Positions 61,570 to 64,000 of a stretch of 64,000 bases of DNA are shown piece after piece. Where the stretch lies: the NCBI GenBank assembly GCA_001179505.1, contig CDMY01000344.1, positions 47,655-111,654 of the forward strand, in the 5' to 3' direction. Made by a program: the position numbers and the translations under genes. Positions within the stretch are counted from its first letter, which is position 1. Every line of letters starts with the position of its first letter. The notes under the pieces are model-generated. The model made no database searches. It had not been told where the DNA came from and worked only from the letters and a program-made list of their open reading frames with translations. The DNA comes from Vitrella brassicaformis CCMP3155 (lineage: Eukaryota > Protista > Chromerida).

Positions 61570-62154
61570 ATGACGGCTCCGCGCTTGTCGGTGGCTTTGC
61601 TTCTCCTGTGCGCGCAGTCGGTGAAGTGCTTCCCCTTCCAGCCTGGCAGCTGCCGAGGCCCAGGATCACCCCGAGCACCTCACCCAGACTTCGAGGGCAC
61701 CACACTCGGCGGCAGAGATACATTGGACGACAGCGATTACCGAGTTGACATCGGCCTGGACCCAAACACGGGCACGCCGACAGTCAAGGCAAGCCAACGG
61801 GGAGAAAAGGTTGTCTGTTTGTGTACGTGTGTGTGTGGTGTGGGTGTGCAGATCCAGACGGTCAACGACGCCACGTACCGCGGCATCCTCGTGCGTGCCG
61901 ACGACGGTGTCTTCGCTGGCCTCACCGACGATCTGCAGCGCCTCACATGCCCACCCGGGTTCGACAGTGACGAGCAGCCCTCCCCATCGACCGAGGCGAC
62001 GAACTCCGTCGGCCACAACTCGCGAACCGACAAGACGGGCCACGTGCTGACGCTGGAGGGCCTGACCCAGGGAGAGGTGGAAGTGAGGGTGTGGCTGCTG
62101 CAGCAGTTCAGTGGTCCGTGGTTTCAATTCGCTGGCACGATTGACGTGCCGTAG
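61570..62154 (+). CDS. Secreted stand-alone Reeler-domain protein
   Basis: Signal peptide MTAPRLSVALLLLCAQSVKC, then FPFQPGSC..PH, YRGILVRA, LQRLTC, SVGHNSRTDK, GEVEVRVWLLQQ..W, matching the Reeler pattern. One short in-frame intron ends at 61851. Confidence 0.7.
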   Translation: MTAPRLSVALLLLCAQSVKCFPFQPGSCRGPGSPRAPHPDFEGTTLGGRDTLDDSDYRVDIGLDPNTGTPTVKASQRGEKVVCLCTCVCGVGVQIQTVNDATYRGILVRADDGVFAGLTDDLQRLTCPPGFDSDEQPSPSTEATNSVGHNSRTDKTGHVLTLEGLTQGEVEVRVWLLQQFSGPWFQFAGTIDVP

Positions 62155-62815
62155 TGTGGATGACGGTGCTGAGGGCAGGGACACGTTGAGCAGAGAGACC
62201 TTTGCCAATGGCGCAGGGCAGATGGAGTGCTGTACTGTGACATGCCGTGGCTCTGAATTCGTGGATCCGTCTGCCTGTTCATATCTCATGATCTGTACAG
62301 TGATTTGTATATTTGTTGATCTGTATTTGTCTGGACAGACAAGACAGATGGGGAGTTTTTGACTGGACATGACATGACATGTGTGCGCTGCAGTGCATTA
62401 GACGCATGTGTGTGTGTGTGTGTGTATGGTATGATATGATTGACGCGTGTGCGTTGTGCTTGTGTGTGGGGCATAGTACGATGTGTGTGATCTACCAGCT
62501 GGGACACAGAAGGAACCAAAGCAATGGTGATTTATCAGTCAATCAACAATGTCATTGGCTGACACGTACGAGTAAGTCATTAATGCATTCACCGCAACCT
62601 CACTGCCGGCCAGCCCAAAACTGAGGCAGGCAGTCAGGCAGGCAGTCCAATTCAATCCCGTCCCGTCAGTCACTCATGTACAACGAACGGATGTCCTCAC
62701 TCATCGATTGATTGCCTCCCATCCCATCACCACTCACTGTACAAATAGGCCTCTCTCGCCATGACATGCCGCATCGCATCGCATCACAGGTGCGCACCAC
62801 ACGAGAAGCTACTTA

Positions 62816-63746
62816 CTACGTCTGCGGGACCTGATTATTGATGCCATCGACATCGGGAACGCTCATCTGCCCAGGAGCGACACCTGACCAACAAACACAC
62901 CACATACACAGCCAGCCGGGTATGGTATTGCTTGTGTCCGGCGCTCCCTCGCTCCCCTGCTCACTGTGTGCGACTCGTCCGCTTCGTCCGTAGAGCATCC
63001 ACATGAGGAAGAACATGAAGACGACGAACCCCGCCATGTACCACATGTGACGACCACTCTGCACACGGAGGATCCAGACAGAGAAAGACACTCGCTCGTT
63101 GCTTGGATGCCCTCTTGGCTCTCGTGTGCCCGTGTGTGTGCGCGTCAGGCGTGCTCACCTTACTCTTGACCATTTCGCCCAGCTTCTTCATTGTGGTGCC
63201 CATCATGGCACCGACCTTGTCGAAACTACCGGACTGCAGTCGACAGACACACACAGGTCGCAAGCACAACACTATTGAATGCTGCTCCCCTGGCTGACGC
63301 CTGCATCCAGGTGTTTCCTTACCAGGCCATCGAGGATGGTGTTTGACTCTCTCACTTGATCCTTGATAGCATGACCCAACTGAAGCAGCAGCAGCAGCAG
63401 CAGCAGCAAGAGAGAGAGAGAAACCAACAGAACAGAGTCCAAGGCTGTTTGCTTGCGTGTATGTGTGTGTGCGCGCGTGTGTTTGGGCACCTCTTTGAGT
63501 GTGGAGACTTTGCCCTCCAGGTCTTCGATGTATCTGTCATTCTCCTGCTCCATCATGGCCTCGGAGTGGTGCGCATACCTCTCCTGCTCCTGGTCGCGCC
63601 GCTTCGAGTAATTCGAAAACAGAGCGGCGCGCTGGTCGACCTCGAACCTGCACACAACCACACACCAAAGCAGCGTTCAGAAGAAACCGACAGGCGCCGT
63701 GTGGGAGTGGTTGTCCCTCCCTCCCTCTCTGTTACCTGTTCGCCAT
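62816..63746 (-). CDS. BET1: BET1/Sft1-like Qc-SNARE
   Basis: MANR|FEVDQRAALF...EAMMEQENDRYIEDLEGKVSTLKE|LGHAIKDQVRESNTILDGL|SGSFDKVGAMMGTTMKKLGEMVKSK|SGRHMWYMAGFVVFMFFLMW: Qc SNARE helix with END motif and a C-terminal TM anchor. Confidence 0.85.
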
Positions 63747-63942
63747 CCTCTGCTTGAAGACGTTTCTATCGGTCATACAGCAGTGCTCATCAATAGCTCA
63801 CGCTCCGCAGCACAAAGCAAGAATATCACACCTTCCCTGTTGGCCCACGTCAGATTCAAGCTCGCAAATGAAAGCAGCGATGAATATCCTCCTGTTTGCT
63901 GCATCTGCCCTCTGCGTGCTGCGTGTTGCGTGTTGCGTGTCC

Positions 63943-63959
63943 GGGTTGCATGTTAGGGT
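63943..63959 (-). promoter_or_regulatory. Composite ACCCTAA + CATGCA motif upstream of BET1
   Basis: GGGTTGCATGTTAGGGT (reverse complement ACCCTAACATGCAACCC), ~200 bp upstream of ATG 63746. Confidence 0.35.
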
Positions 63960-64000
63960 GCGTGTTTTCATGTTGGACAGACCGACAGGGGACTTGGCCG

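Noticed and set aside
1-64000. tRNA, rRNA or snoRNA genes
   Set aside because: No cloverleaf, rRNA signature or convincing box C/D or H/ACA structure seen by eye. tRNAscan-SE and Infernal would be needed to exclude them.

Overview
Eukaryotic, GC-rich, intron-dense genomic DNA with two 300-nt N gaps. Introns are short, mostly GT-AG, and full of (GT)n/(CA)n, (GATG)n and (GACA)n microsatellites. Intron style and gene content (bipartite plastid-targeting leader, TM-type PDE-like gene, secreted insulinase, single-exon ankyrin family) suggest a chromerid alveolate such as Vitrella brassicaformis; this is inference, not a database result. Genes left to right: 5' part of a multi-TM PDE-like gene (-); a motif-degenerate Mss116-like DEAD-box helicase (DEAA); two inverted paralogous ankyrin genes; TVP38/TMEM64; a secreted M16A insulinase; a plastid-targeted EamA transporter; a degenerate cold-shock/RGG protein; a jacalin-like protein; an F-box-like gene with in-frame TAGs; an ~11-kb cluster of paralogous exon-cassette genes in which a tandemly amplified 96-nt exon array has captured a frameshifted Cactin fragment; a second F-box-like gene; a ~17-kb, ~4,500-aa DUF3638/DUF3645 SF2-like NTPase gene with EF-hands and Vps62-like repeats; a secreted Reeler protein; and a BET1-like SNARE. 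No rRNA, tRNA, CRISPR array or transposase was recognised. All gene models were spliced by eye, so exon boundaries are approximate.
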